NCBI RefSeq assembly: GCF_006345805.1
Contig: NC_043015.1
Location: 50,654,001-50,718,000 of the forward strand
Source: Octopus sinensis
Lineage: Eukaryota
Length of the DNA stretch: 64,000 bases
Direction of reading: 5' to 3'
The position numbers were made by a program, and so were the translations under genes. The notes beneath the pieces were generated by a model that was not told the DNA's origin, searched no databases, and worked only from the letters and a program-made list of their open reading frames with translations. Every line of letters starts with the position of its first letter. Positions within the stretch are counted from its first letter, which is position 1. Below, in pieces: positions 12,260 through 25,902 of the stretch.

Positions 12260-12520
12260 GAAGCACTTGGCTTAGTGGTTAGGGTGTTGGACTCATGATT
12301 GTAAGATTGTGGTTTCAATTCCTGGACCGGGCAACGCATTTTGTTCTTGAGCAAAACACTTCATTTCACATTGGTCCAGTCCACACAGCTGGCAAAAATG
12401 AGTAATCCTGCGAGGGACTGGCATCCCATCCAGGTGGTGATTTTATACGCCATGAAACTAGGAAACCGGCCCTTATGAGTCTGTATGACGCAAGAAGGTA
12501 ACATTGCTTTTTACTTTAAG
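12260..12520 (+). mobile_element. tRNA-derived SINE, family C
   Basis: TGGCTTAGTGGTTAGG...GGTTTCAATTCC...TTCTTGAGCAAAACACTTCATTTCAC. Confidence 0.7.
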
Positions 12521-12839
12521 TTCACAATACAAGTTAGGACTGGTTTGATTTCCAGGAGGACAATTTCAATCCATTAGTCCTTCTAACCAGGGGTTTCCAA
12601 CTGTTGTTTAATAGACCATAGTGGGATGGGACACCTCAAGTAAACTGCTCTATAAGACACAAGGTGAAACCCTCAAGTACACCCAGTGTCTCATTAAGAG
12701 GTTATACAGGACAATTTTGCTTTATTACAATATGAACTTTGGGTATGCAGGTATTTTGAAAACACCTCATAGAGTGATGACTGCACCCTGCATAGTTATG
12801 GGCAGCCCTTTGGCAAGGCATGGCACTGATTCAGCTGCT

Positions 12840-13571
12840 ACCCTGACAGGGATACAGCAAAGTTATGGGACTGTAGCATGGTGGATTGTGAACAGGTAGT
12901 AAAAGAGCTCAACTGAGCCAGCAGTGTTTCTTACATCGATGCTGAACTGAGGAATTCTAGAAGATCAACGGTCAGGATCACCAAAGCTCTGTCAGGAGAA
13001 TAACTACAACACATCAATAAGGGTGGTGTCCATGGCTGTATAATCAGCTAATGAAAGATTCATTATGACTCCAGCTTCCAATTGAAATTCATATTAATGG
13101 GATTGGATGGCACGTGGCCTAGTGGTTAGGCCTTTGCATTCATAATTGCTAGATTGTGGGTTCGACTCCCAGATCGAGTGGTGCATTGTGTTCTTGAGAA
13201 AAACACTGCATTTCATGATGCTCCTCTCCACCTTTCAACCAAGGGTGGGAGAATATAGGCTCGGTCAAAGTTGGAATTCCTTTGATTAATATAAATATGT
13301 GTATGTGTGGGTGGGGTGTAATTCAAAAATAATTTATGGAGTAACGACCATGCCCACCCTGTCAGGAATACGGCAAAGTCATGGGACTGCAGCATGGCAG
13401 ATGGTGAAGAGGTAGTAAAAGAGCTCAACTGCGCCAGCAGTGTTTCTTACATCGATGTTGACCTGAGGAATCCTAGAAGATCAACGGTCAAGATCAGCAA
13501 AGCCCTATTGAAAGAATAACTACAACACATCCATCGAGGTGGTGGCCATGGTTGTGTAATCAGCTAATGAA
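12840..13571 (+). repeat. Two diverged direct copies of a ~215-bp segment (12840-13055 and 13356-13571)
   Basis: Shared core GGTAGTAAAAGAGCTCAACTG...CAGCAGTGTTTCTTACATCGATG...TAGAAGATCAACGGTCA...AATCAGCTAATGAA. Confidence 0.85.
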
Positions 13572-13814
13572 GTCAAGTGGTGGAGTGGGGTGCAATCACA
13601 AATATAAACACACACACACACATGCGCAATGGCCTTCTTTCAGTTTCCTTCTACCAAATCCACTCACGAGACTTTGGTCAGCCTGAGGCCATAGCAGAAG
13701 GTGCCATGCAGTGGGACTGAACCGAGAACCATGTGTTCGGGAAGTAGGCTTCTCACCAACACAGCCATGCTTGTGCCTATATTATTGATCCAAATGTGTA
13801 TTCCAAATGTGAAA

Positions 13815-14049
13815 GGCGGCGAGCTGGCAGAAACGTTAGCACGCCAGGCGAAATGCTTAGCAGTATTTTGTCTGCCGCTACATTCTGAGTTCAAATTCCG
13901 CCGAGGTCGACTTTGCCTTTCATCCTTTCGGGGGGTCGATTAAATAAGTACCAGTTACGCACTGGGGTCGATATAATCGACTTAATCTGTTTGTCTGTCC
14001 TTGTTTGTCCCCTCTATCTTTAGCCCCTTGTGGGTAGTAAAGAAATAGG
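13815..14049 (+). mobile_element. SINE family B (GCCTTTCATCCTTTCGGGGTCGA central domain) with 14-bp TSD
   Basis: GGCGGCGAGCTGGCAGAA head and GAGTTCAAATTCC B-box. TATTCCAAATGTGA is duplicated at 13799-13812 and 14050-14063. Confidence 0.9.
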
Positions 14050-14861
14050 TATTCCAAATGTGACTATCCTGTTTTATTTTGCTGTACATTTAGCACTACA
14101 TTATATAAAGCATCCTTCTTTCAGACGATGGTGTTTGAGTTCAGAAGAAAGATTTGCTTAAGCAACAATGTATAGAAAGATTGATCATTGATTTATGTTC
14201 ATGGCTTCTCAAGAGCTTTCAAAATGTGATATAAAATGGCAACAGGTTTCAATCATCAAACCTTTAGCAGCATATAGTTGTAAGACCTCACTAATCAAAG
14301 GCATAGCAAATGTGACTATCCTGTCTTATCTTAAGACATTGTATATGTCTAAAAAGCACCACGTTATCTAACGTGTCCATTATTTCCTAAACCTTTGGCA
14401 GGCATCAGATCAACCTGTCAAATGCAAGGCTTATTTACTCTCTTTTTTAACTTGTTTCAGTCATCTGACTGCGGCCATGGTGGAGCACCGCCTTTAGTTG
14501 AGCAAATCGACCCCAGGACTTATTCTTTGGAAGCCTAGTACTTATTCTATCGGGCTCTGTTGCCGAACCGCTAAGTGACGGGGACGTAACTTGGCCAGTT
14601 TGAACATGAAACAGACAGAATATTTGGGCTGGATCTGACTAATCTAAATGCTAAAGAGTTAAGACAGTGAGGTGTGATTTAAGGCAATATTTGACTGCTC
14701 TTTCTAACAAATCAGTCAAGTTTCATAGTGGCTACCTTGCTACCTTGTTGGCTCATGTAAATAAAATAAAACTGGGATAATAGTTTGGTGAACCAAGTCT
14801 ATGACACATTTTACCAATTCTAGTTGCTGTTATTTCATAACACATTATTAATAGTCTAAAG

Positions 14862-15154
14862 CAACGGTTCCCAAAGTGGGTAGTACTGCTCCCCTGGGGG
14901 CGGTGGAATGATCCAGGGGCACATTGAAGAAAAACAGGGCGATAATGGGGTAACCAAAATGGGGCAATGGATGTAAAAAACAAACAAACAAAATAAAGGG
15001 TTAATTAGGCCAAGTATTAGTTGTGAAATACTGTTGTTTTGAATTTACTGCAGAAATTGGTCTATGTCTGTGATGGTGAGTTGGGGCGGGGGTCACTAGG
15101 AATGTGGCCTAAGAACCAAGGGGACAGCAGCCTGAAAAATTTTGGGAACTACTG
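14862..15154. mobile_element. hAT (Charlie-like) MITE
   Basis: TIRs CAACGGTTCCCAAA / TTTGGGAACTACTG and 8-bp TSD GTCTAAAG/ATCTAAAG. Related fragment at ~21030-21138. Confidence 0.8.
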
Positions 15155-16789
15155 ATCTAAAGAAAGCCATAAAAAGCCATGAACACCACACAGTCTCACT
15201 TTCTTCCAGTATTAATCAGAGTCATAGTGTTTGGCTATAGAAACTAAAAAAATAATAGCAGTTATGGTGACGAAGGTTTCAATTGATCCAATCAACAGAA
15301 TAGCCTGCTCATGTAATTAACATGCAAGTGGCTGAGTGCTCCTCAGACACATGTATTTTAATGTAGTTCTCAGGGAGATTCAATGTCATACAGAGTGTGT
15401 CAAGGCTGGCCCTTTGAATTATAGATACAATTCATGGAGCACCGTGAAATAAAGTGTCTTGCTCAAGGACAGAACATACCACCTGGAATTGAACTGATGA
15501 CCATATGGTCACAAGCCAAGTAACCTAACCACAAAGTCACATGCTTTCGGTATCTACTGCATGTTACTAATACCAAATAGTGATAAATACTGCGTAACTA
15601 AAATATAAATATATAGTGTTGTGTGTGTATGTGTGTGTCTCTGTGTGTGTCTGTGTCTGTGTCTGTGTGTGTCTGTGTCTGTGTGTGTATAATACAGTGG
15701 AAACATATAGAGCATAATAAGATGGAATCTAGTATATTGTGTACTTTCATGAAACTTTGTATATAACTGCAAGTATAGTATTAAATAAGCTAATACAATA
15801 GAACGAGAGATGGACAACCGATGATACATACAATGGCAAAACTACAGAGCAATAAAACCGAAATACATCACAAAAATTATTGCTGTATTACATAGTGATA
15901 TAAAATATACAAGATAACTCCATTGTATCGCACAGCCAATAATAAAAAAAAAAGCAAAAAAAAGAAAGAAAACGTTAGAAAATAATGAAGAAAAGGGTAC
16001 TTGGCTATGCTTATATTGGTTTCATCGCTTCACAAAACCAATTTTACAGAGAGATAGTAATATTATGTGTGTCTCATAACTAGTTTTTATTATTCTTGTT
16101 TTACAAAGTACAATGGACAAGATATTAAGGTGCTACACATACACACATAAACACACACACATACATGTCTGATATTGCATTAAAAAAAAGGGGGGGGGAT
16201 ATGTAACTAATTTGCAAAGATGTACACCACCATTCAGAGATGTGCTGGTTTTTTGAGGGGGTTTTTTTTCCTTTTTTCACCTTTTTTTTTCTTTTTTTAA
16301 CAAATACAGCACTTTTTACTCTTCGGAAGTTGCAAGTTGCATAGCACCTCTGCCCAAGGCCATCTGATATAATTACTATTTTATATAATTCCTCCTCCTC
16401 CTCCTCCTCATCATCATCATCAACATCATCAATTGTCCACCTATACTACACCATTATGTTAAATGCTAAATCCATGCTCATCAGCATTCTCTACATTGTC
16501 CCTGAATTTAAATCAATCACAGACACAGGCACGGCTGTGTGGTGAGAAGCTCATTTCACAACCACATAGTTCTGGGATCATTACTCCTGCACGTCACCTT
16601 GAGCATGCATCTTCTACTATAACCCGAGGCTAACAAAAGATGGAAACTGAAAGAAGCCTGTGCCAGTGCCATATAAAAGCACCTGTGCACTAGGTGCTTT
16701 TAACAAAATAAGAGGAGCTCTCTGTGATAGCCACACAATTCTCTGAATCCATATCTTATATCGCAAATTTCCATGTGTGTATATTCCTT

Positions 16790-17115
16790 TATTTGTTTCA
16801 GTCATTTGACAGCGGCCATGCTGGAGCACTGCCTTTAGTCAAACAGATCGACCCCAGGACTTATTCTTTGTGAGCCTAGTACTTATCCTATCAGTGACTT
16901 TTGCCGAACCGCTAATGCTACAGGGATGTAAACACCCTAGCATCATATATATATGACAGGCTTCTTTCAGTTTCTGTCTACCAAATCCACTCACAAGGGT
17001 ATGGTTGGCCTGAGGCTGTAGTAGAAGACACTTACCGAAGGTACCACATAGTGGGACTGAACCCAGAACCATGTGGTTGGGAAGCAAGCTTCTTACCACA
17101 CAGCCACTTCTGTGC
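16790..17115 (-). mobile_element. SINE family A
   Basis: Reverse complement of the family A consensus. Confidence 0.8.
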
Positions 17116-17257
17116 CTATATGTATGTATATGAGATATAAATCTGAGATTATCATATTTGTTCTTAGACCAAATATTCTGCTTAACCTTTTAGCATTCGT
17201 GTTATTCTATCATATGCAATGCTTTTTTATTCATATTGTTTTGAATTCATTATGTTA

Positions 17258-17424
17258 TGGTTCCAGGTTCAGTCCCACAGCATGGCACTTTGGGCAAGTG
17301 TCTTCTACCAGACCCATGGGCTGACCAAAACCTTGTGAGTGGATTTGGTAGATGGAAACTTAAAAAAAAGCCCACATCTATACAAGTGTGTGTGTATGTG
17401 TGTGTGGTGTGTGTGTGTGTGTAT

Positions 17425-17474
<50 letters not shown>

Positions 17475-17665
17475 TCCATCACCACTTGACAGATGGATTT
17501 GGTTCGTCTATACGTCAGTAACTTAGTGGTTCAACAAAAGAGATGAATAGAATATGTACCAAGCTTTAAAAAAAATGCTGGTGTTGATTAGTTTGTCTCA
17601 AATCTCTTCAAGGCAGTGCCCCAGCTTGGCCACAGTCAAACGACTGAAACAGGCAAAATATAAAA
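17258..17665 (+). mobile_element. SINE family A, degenerate
   Basis: GGTTCAGTCCCAC...GTGGATTTGGTAGA...CAGTCAAACGACTGAAAC. Confidence 0.75.
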
Positions 17666-18609
17666 GATATCTTGTAGCTTTGAGGTTTCAGTGATGTGAT
17701 TGTTTATTTTTAGAATGACATTGTAGGGTCAGTGTGAGAAGCCTGATCAGGTCAGTTTGACCATAAAACAAGGAGAATATTTAGGCTTGATCTGGCCAGT
17801 TTGAATACTAAAGGGTTAACTCTTTAATATCCTGAAAATCTTTTCTACATCACATTTTCAATCCCAAATATTAACCATTATCAACTTCACTAGCGCAAGA
17901 GGACCAGCAAACATTGGACAACCACCTTTCCTCATCTAATTGAATAAATTCGGAAAAAATAAAGATGGCAAAGAAAGTTATCCTGACACACAAGACAGGT
18001 TCTTGTTCTGTTTCGTGTTTCAGTTGTTAACAAGGCCATCCAACTGTGAAAGCAACAGCTTCAAGGAAACAACCCATCGTCACACATGCAAAGATAGAAG
18101 AATGAACAGAGGTCATGTTATGCAAAGGATCCCTTCAGTCAGAATGTGAGAATTCTGTCAATGCCAGCTTTGAGGAATCGGAAAATTAGTGTTTACTGAC
18201 ATCACATGTTTGGTGCACAACTTTGCGGGAAAGAAACACAACATGGATAAAGGAGTCAAAGGGTGGATTCAGTGAATAATTTCAAGTAGAACTGAAGGGT
18301 TATCCAATTTCAAAAGTGAAAATAGAATCAGAAACAGTAGGAGACAACAAGTAAAAGAGGAACCCACTGTAAATAGATTAATAGAAATGCACAGAATTTT
18401 CAGATTATCAATGAAATAAATGGCTTTCTTTTGTGAACAGAATCTGAAAAACAAGTGAACAGTAACTGAAGGAAGAAGAAGAGAAGGTATGTTGTGTTGG
18501 ACATGAAAGCTGTACCCTTTTTTTTTTTCATTGTGTAACAGGTATAATATATTTTACCTTTCTTTGTGCTTAATAAATGTGTGGAGTTAGAAGATATCAT
18601 CTTTATCTC

Positions 18610-19440
18610 TACTACCACCACCACCACAACCAACAGTGCCACAACCACCACCACCACGACTAGCAGTACCACTGCCACAACTACCTCAACCAACAATACC
18701 ACTGCCACAATCACTACCACCACGACTAACAGTACTACTAACAGTACAATTAACAATACCATTACCACAACCATCACAAAGACTAACAATGCCATTACCA
18801 CTGCAACCACCACCACTACTACCAACACAACTAACAGTACCATCACCATCACCACCACCACCACTACCACCACCACCACTTGCAATACCACTACCTCCAT
18901 TACCACTACTACTTCCACCGCTACAACCAACACAACTAACAGTACCACTACCACAACCACCACCTAGACTAGCAGAACCATTATTACTACTACCACCACT
19001 ACTACCAACACAGCTAACAGTACCATCCCCATCACCACAATCACTACCACCACCAGTAATGCCACCACCTCTATTACCACCACTACTACCAACACAACTA
19101 ACAGTACCACTACCACAACCACCATCTAGACTAGCAGTACCACTACTACCACCACCACCACAACTAGCAGTACCATTACCAACAGGCAGCAATACCATAA
19201 CAGTCACTGCCACCAACACGGCAAGTGGTTCCATAACCACCACTACCACCACCACCACCACAACCACCACCACCACCATCACCACTACCACCAGCAATAC
19301 CACCATGAGCAGCACTGCAAAAACTACCACCAGGAGTACCACTGCAACAATGACTACCACTGCCACCACCACCACCACCACCACCACCACCACCACCACC
19401 ACCACCACCACCACCACTACTACTACTACTGCTGCTACTA
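18610..19440. repeat. Compound (ACC/ACT/ACA)n trinucleotide tract
   Basis: Directly visible. ACTAACAGTACC and CTAGCAGTACC blocks recur. Confidence 0.95.
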
Positions 19441-19804
19441 CTTAGAAGAGTCATTAGTCTTTATTAGATTTTATATCGATTGTTGTAGTGAAAAGTAATA
19501 TTTCGTTATTTTTAAATTGGTCTGAATATACTTGTAAAATAAAATAAAATAAGGAAATAAATAAAGAAAGAAATAAAGAAATAAAAGTAATTTATTTTTC
19601 TTTTTAATGCAAATATTTTTATTTGCATAGAGAAGACATAAATAAACTCAATACTAACGAAATACCTAAATAATTATATAGAAAAGTTATCTCTTTCCAT
19701 TTAGAGGGAAGAAAAGAGAAACGAAACGAAACGAAGAGGAGGCGAAAAGGGAAGAGCTAAAAGCAAAAGCCTTCCGATAATTTGAAGTCAATCAATTTGC
19801 CAGA

Positions 19805-20110
19805 CATCGTCATCATCATCATCATCATTATCGTCGTCGTCGTCATCATCATCGTCATAATCATCATCAACATTGCCGTCATCATCGTCATCATCATCTT
19901 CATCATCATCATCAACATCAACATTGTTGTCGTCATCATCATTATCATCAACATCGTCATCAACATCGTCATTATGATGATGATGATGATCATCATCATC
20001 ATCAACATCATCGTTGTTATCGTCATCATCGTCATCATCATCATCGTCATCATCAACATTGTCATCATCATCATCATCGTCATCATCATCATCATGGCTG
20101 CCATCATTGT
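19805..20110. repeat. (ATC)n degenerate microsatellite
   Basis: Directly visible. Confidence 0.95.
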
Positions 20111-20119
20111 TTTGATAAT

Positions 20120-20515
20120 GGCCTTTGTGTATGGTGATAGACGGTTGCACACAGAAGCGCTGAGCACTTAAAGTGGATGGAAGATGCGGAGGAGGGAAAC
20201 TGAGGAAGACATGTGATGTAGTATTGAAGACATTGAGCCCTTACGAGGGAAGTGATGGAGGACCGAGATATCTGATGCATTGCAGAATTGATGCTGATGC
20301 TGGTGCCATGTGAAAAGTACTGGTGTTAGTACCCCATAAAAAGCACCCAGTATACTCTAGAGAGTGGTTGGCATTAGGAAGGGCATCTAGCCATAGAAAG
20401 CATGCTAGAACAGACCAGACCTTACTGGCTCCAGTCAAACTGTCCAACCCACGCCAGCATGGAAAACGGATGTTAAATGATGATGATGATGATAATGATG
20501 ATGATGATGATGATT
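20120..20515 (+). mobile_element. Degenerate RTE LINE 3' fragment followed by a (GAT)n-tailed element
   Basis: KVDGRCGGGKLRKTCDVV resembles the RTE EGRRGRGRPRKTW motif. Downstream AGGAAGGGCATC...GTCCAACCCACGCCAGCATGGAAAA-(GAT)n. Confidence 0.55.
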
Positions 20516-20647
20516 TTTCCAAGCAAGCCTGGAATTTACTGAAGGAGATTCTTTTTCTTTTTTTATTGCTAAATCCTCTTCCTGTCACAAACCTTCACCT
20601 GATTCCAAGCAGGATAATTATTAACCTAGGGCAAAGCCCATCGAACC

Positions 20648-20972
20648 TAGGACTTATTCTTTGTAAGACTAGTACTTATTCTATCAGTCTCTTTTGCCGA
20701 ACCGCTAAGTTACGGGGATGTAAACACACCAGCATCGGTTGTCAAGTGATGTCGGGGGGACAAACACAGACACACAGACATATAAACCCAAATATATATA
20801 TACATTTATACGACGGGCTTCTTTCAGTTTCCGTCTACCAAATCCACACACAAGGCTTTGGTTGGCCCGAGGCTATAGTAGAAGACACTTGCCCAAGGTG
20901 CCACGCAGTGGGACTGAATCCGGAACCATTGGTTGGTAAGCAAGCTACTTACCACACAGCCACTACTGCACC
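20648..20972 (-). mobile_element. SINE family A
   Basis: Reverse complement of the family A consensus. Confidence 0.85.
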
Positions 20973-21869
20973 TATAAAACTTAACCTGATTAATCCTTTA
21001 TTTTGTTTGTTTGCTTTTTCTTTACATCCCCTGGCCCGTTTTGGTCACCCTATTATTGCCCCATTTTTCTTCAATGCACCCCTGGATCTTTCCACCACCC
21101 CCAGTGGGCCAGTTACCACCCACTTCGGGAACCACTGATCTAAGGTAATGCTCCAGCATGACCTCACCCAATGGTTGAAACAAATAAATACTAAAATAAA
21201 TGAAATTCTGAGTCAACAAGGAAGACTCTATGTGGTCACATAGCTTGCTAGAAATACTAACCAAAGTTCCATCACACCACACCTTACTACTTCAAAGAAG
21301 GAAGGACACTGGTTAATAAAGGTAGTATTTAAATTTATGGTGTCTGAAAGGCGAAAAAAGGATGTTTTTAAATAGGACAAGACAAAGTCCTTGTTAAAAC
21401 CATAAAACAAATACGAAAAGAAGAAGGATCATTATATTAGGAATGTCTTTGATCACAGAACTTCTCAAAGAAATCTGACCTGAGGCTAATCATCACCATT
21501 GTCAACAATAACAACAACAATATTATGAAGAATGTGAAAATGACTGAAGCAAAATTGTCTCCTCTTAAGAGACTGTTGTTTATGACAGCTTTATAATATG
21601 ATACCAAGATCAGAGAATTCCAGAAATTCAGTGGTAAATGTGTGTAGATGGTGGAGGGCAGAGGGCGGGGTGTGGAGAAGAAGGAGAGAAGAAGGTGTGT
21701 AAGAATACATGGTAAGATGCTTGCTATACCTAACTTTGATTTAAATGAATAAATATGCAAAACCAGCCTGAAGAATAAACGTGGCATGAATTATAACCAA
21801 ACCTTCTTCAGATGACACGGAGCAGGATGTGGACGCGATGCTTGTGTGTGTGCGTGTGTTTGTGTGTAT

Positions 21870-23293
21870 GTGTGTGTGTGTGTGTGTAAGAAGACGTATG
21901 ATGGTACAGTAACATTAACAGCTGAGAAACATGAACAGTAAATTGCAGAGGATGCACAGTTATTGGAGAAGAATCACTTCAGGTTGACTATGTAATGGTA
22001 ATAATGCTAACGATATATTACAAAAGGTGAGCGCAGGTGAGTTGAATGGAAAATGTGTTAACCCTTTCGTGACAACATTTCTAATGAAATACAAAGCTTA
22101 AGTTTCAATTAGTTCTGGAAATAATCAAGTATTTCAAAGATTTGGTTTAGTAAGCAAGCTTGTACTTCATTCATCGGTATAATATATTAAACCAGTGTTT
22201 TGAATACAGATTAACAAAAGGTTCTTAAGATCGATGGAATTTCAATGGAGGGTTTTAATTTAGATATGAATATTCTAGATTAGGTAGGTTGTGTTAGAAA
22301 AACTATGGTGGTACCAGGTGGATTGGTTATCAAAAGAGTTAAGGTGTGTTTATGAAATTAATAAGTATTAAGAAATAAATAAACATGAAATAAAAAAAAT
22401 CAATTTAATATACACTTGACTGACACTGTCTGCTATAAATATGAAGAACTGAAGCCATTTAATTATGTAAATAAGTGATGTGAATTAAAATTTTAAATTA
22501 AGTTATATGACATATCAGTTACTATATATCTGTGAGATTACACAGATACACACATATAGATTGTGTGTGTGTGTATGTGTATGTGTGTGTGTGTGTGTGT
22601 GTGGTGTGTGTGTGTGTAAGAAGACGTATGATGGTACAGTAACATTAACAGCTGAGAAACATGAACAGTAAATTGCAGAGGATGCACAGTTATTGGAGAA
22701 GAATCACTTCAGGTTGACTATGTAATGGTAATAATGCTAACGATATATTACAAAAGGTGAGCGCAGGTGAGTTGAATGGAAAATGTGTTAACCCTTTCGT
22801 GACAACATTTCTAATGAAATACAAAGCTTAAGTTTCAATTAGTTCTGGAAATAATCAAGTATTTCAAAGATTTGGTTTAGTAAGCAAGCTTGTACTTCAT
22901 TCATCGGTATAATATATTAAACCAGTGTTTTGAATACAGATTAACAAAAGGTTCTTAAGATCGATGGAATTTCAATGGAGGGTTTTAATTTAGATATGAA
23001 TATTCTAGATTAGGTAGGTTTGTGTTAGAAAAACTATGGGTGGTACCAGGTGGATTGGTTATCAAAAGAGTTAAGGTGTGTTTATGAAATTAATAAGTAT
23101 TAAGAAATAAATAAACATGAAATAAAAAAAATCAATTTAATATACACTTGACTGACACTGTCTGCTATAAATATGAAGAACTGAAGCCATTTAATTATGT
23201 AAATAAGTGATGTGAATTAAAATTTTAAATTAAGTTATATGACATATCAGTTACTATATATCTGTGAGATTACACAGATACACACATATAGAT

Positions 23294-23324
<31 letters not shown>

Positions 23325-23330
23325 GTGTGT
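21870..23330 (+). repeat. Near-identical ~730-bp tandem duplication bounded by (TG)n
   Basis: AAGACGTATG at 21891 and 22621. Copies appear to differ only by single-base indels in short runs and by TG-tract length. Confidence 0.95.
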
Positions 23331-23390
23331 GTGTGTGTGTGTGTATACTCACATACATGTATCTCTCTCTATCTCTCTCCCTCTATATAT

Positions 23391-23425
<35 letters not shown>

Positions 23426-23517
23426 CATACACACACACACATATCTTTAGTAGATCATAAATTCAAAAAAGAAGCGCACTCTAAGGTATAGGATAGCCAT
23501 AACCATCTTTACCTAAT

Positions 23518-23551
<34 letters not shown>

Positions 23552-23706
23552 TACATACATATCTTGCTTAGATATTGTGATATTAATAATGTGGTGTAGA
23601 ACTCAATACACATATGCTTCAGACCAAAGCATCAGTCAAGAACAGACCAGTAATAAGGAAGAAATAAATTACTATCTTATGAAATAAATTGTACTTTATG
23701 TTTGTG

Positions 23707-23785
23707 GCTCTGTCGAAGCTATAAGATGTTACTCAGGCACTCAACTATGAGTCCACAGCATCTTGTATCAGAAACAACTGTAAGC
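23707..23785 (+). ncRNA. Degenerate hammerhead motif in a PLE-like element (~23560-23835)
   Basis: GCT-CTGTCGA-AG-(TATAAGATGTT...AGCATCTTGTA long stem II)-GAAA-CAACTG-TA-AGC, flanked by inverted repeat 23658-23683 / 23794-23819. Confidence 0.55.
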
Positions 23786-23884
23786 TAATGAAGTTCATAA
23801 GATAATCATTTATTTCTTCATCATCTCTTTATTTACATATACATATACATATATATATAAATACATATATAAATATATACACTG

Positions 23885-24215
23885 TGAAGGTGCATGTCTC
23901 AGTTGTTAGTGTTGGGCTCACAATCATGAGGTAGTGGGTTCAATTCTTGGACCATGCCGTGTGTTGTGTTCTTGAGCAAGACACTTTATTTCACGTTGCT
24001 CCAGTTCATTCAGCTGTAGAAATGAGTTGCAACATCACTGGTGCCTTTGCCTTTCCTTTGGATAACACTGGTGACATGGAGAAGGGAGGCTGGTATGCAT
24101 GGGCAACTGCTGGTCTTCCATAAACAGCCATGCCCAGACTTGTGCCTCAAAGGGGAACTTTCTGAATGCAATCCCATGGTCATTCATGACCAAAATGGGA
24201 TCTTTACCCTCTTTA
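23885..24215 (+). mobile_element. tRNA-derived SINE, family C
   Basis: tRNA-like head and GTGTTCTTGAGCAAGACACTTTATTTCACG body. Tail shared with 28960-29150 and 46215-46470. Confidence 0.75.
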
Positions 24216-24218
24216 TAT

Positions 24219-24267
<49 letters not shown>

Positions 24268-24269
<2 letters not shown>

Positions 24270-24837
24270 CGAGGGTGAGTCAAAAAGCAATGCCATTTTG
24301 TTTAGGACAGGTATAATTACCAACACAGGAACATGTATTATACATCAAAATGAAGCTGGTCCTCTGTGAATCACATCCCTACTCCTCAGCATAGTCACCA
24401 TTTCTCTCAATAGCAATGTTCCACCTTCAAATGAGAACATGTATCCCTACTCCGTAAAATTCTGTTGACTGTTCTTTGAGCCACTTCTTCACTACAGTTT
24501 TCACTTCCTCATCACTGGAATAATGTTTGCTTCTCAAACCCTCTTCCATGGGGCCAAAGAGACGATAGTCTAGTGACGATGATAGTCCAGTGACAAGGAA
24601 GTGAAAACTGTAGTGAAGAAGTGGCTCAAAGAACAATCAACAGAATTTTACGGGGCAGGGATACATGCTCTCATTCGAAGGTGGAACATTGCTATTGAGA
24701 GAAACGGTGACTATGTTGAGAAGTAGGGATGTGATCCACAGAGGACGAGCTTCATTTTGATATATGATACATGTTCCTGTGTTGGTAATTATACCTGTCC
24801 TAAACAAAATGGCATTACTTTTTGACTCACCCTCATA
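24268..24837. mobile_element. Mariner-derived fold-back MITE built from two transposase 3' ends
   Basis: TIR TACGAGGGTGAGTCAAAAAG with TA TSDs. Arms encode mariner C-terminal sequence (DYRLFGPMEEGLRSKHYSSDEEVKTVVKKWLKEQ on the minus arm; ...IRRWNIAIERNGDYVEK* on the plus arm). Confidence 0.9.
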
Positions 24838-25579
24838 TAATAAAACTGAAAGACATTGATTTCCAGTATTCAGAGTTGCCCATTTACAATCATCGACAGG
24901 TAAACTGAGCCTGGTTGACACTTGCCCAAGGTGCCCACACGGTGGAACTGAACCCAGGACCATGGGATTAGGAAGCAAATTTCTTACCACACAGCCACAA
25001 CAACACCTACATGACAAAACACATATAAATGAAGTCCTCTACTTCAAACAAAATATTGATTCTATCCAAAGATTGGCTTCGATAGATAGATCTTCATTAC
25101 TTCAAGAAAAAGATATACGAACGTTATTGGAATCGGTCAGTTATATGTAGAATTATCATTCATTCAAAATTATTTAAATTTATGCATCTATTTTGCATAA
25201 GTTGTCGGAAACTGGACAGAAAACCCATCTACAACGGAACAATTATAATTAGATTGGAATTCAGAGATATGGTGTTCTTTATCTGGGAATCTCGTTTATT
25301 ATTCAAATTTCGTGATTTATTACAGCTTCTGTAATAAGATAATAGATATTGCAATTGATAAGATATTTGCAAACAGCTTTGGGTAATAGTGAAAGCCATA
25401 AATATATCTCTTTAATGAGAAAATAAACGAACCTCTACACGGAGTCGTTTGATTTGACTTGCTAGAAAAAGCAGAGCTAGATAATTCTAAAATCATATCA
25501 TATCTGAATAAAAAAATAAAGATAAAGAATAAAACAAAATGTACATCAGGCAATGTTATCCAAGCTGTATGGTGATGAT

Positions 25580-25902
25580 GATGGGGAAAGAGAAGAGAAA
25601 GAGGGGGAAGAGGGAGAAGAGGAGGAAGGAGAGGAGATAGAGAAGAGGAGGAGATAGAAGAGGTAGAAGGGGAAGTAGGGGAGGAGGTAGGGGAGGAGGT
25701 AGAGGAGGAAGAGGAGGTAGAAGAGGAAGTAGACGAGGTAGAAGAGGAAGGAGAGGATGTAGAAGACGAGATAGAACAGGAGGTAGAGGAGATGGAAGAG
25801 AAGTAGAAGAGGAGGTAGAAAAGGAGGCAAAAGCATAGATAGAAGAGGAAGAATAGGAGATAGAGGAAGAAGAGGATGTAGAGGAAGAGAAAGAAGAAGA
25901 GC
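25580..25902. repeat. Purine-rich (GAG/GAA/GTA)n low-complexity tract
   Basis: Directly visible. Confidence 0.9.

Noticed and set aside
18566-19445. Mucin-like Thr/Pro-rich ORFs
   Set aside because: Trinucleotide low complexity is open in multiple frames and strands, with no signal peptide or convincing splice sites.
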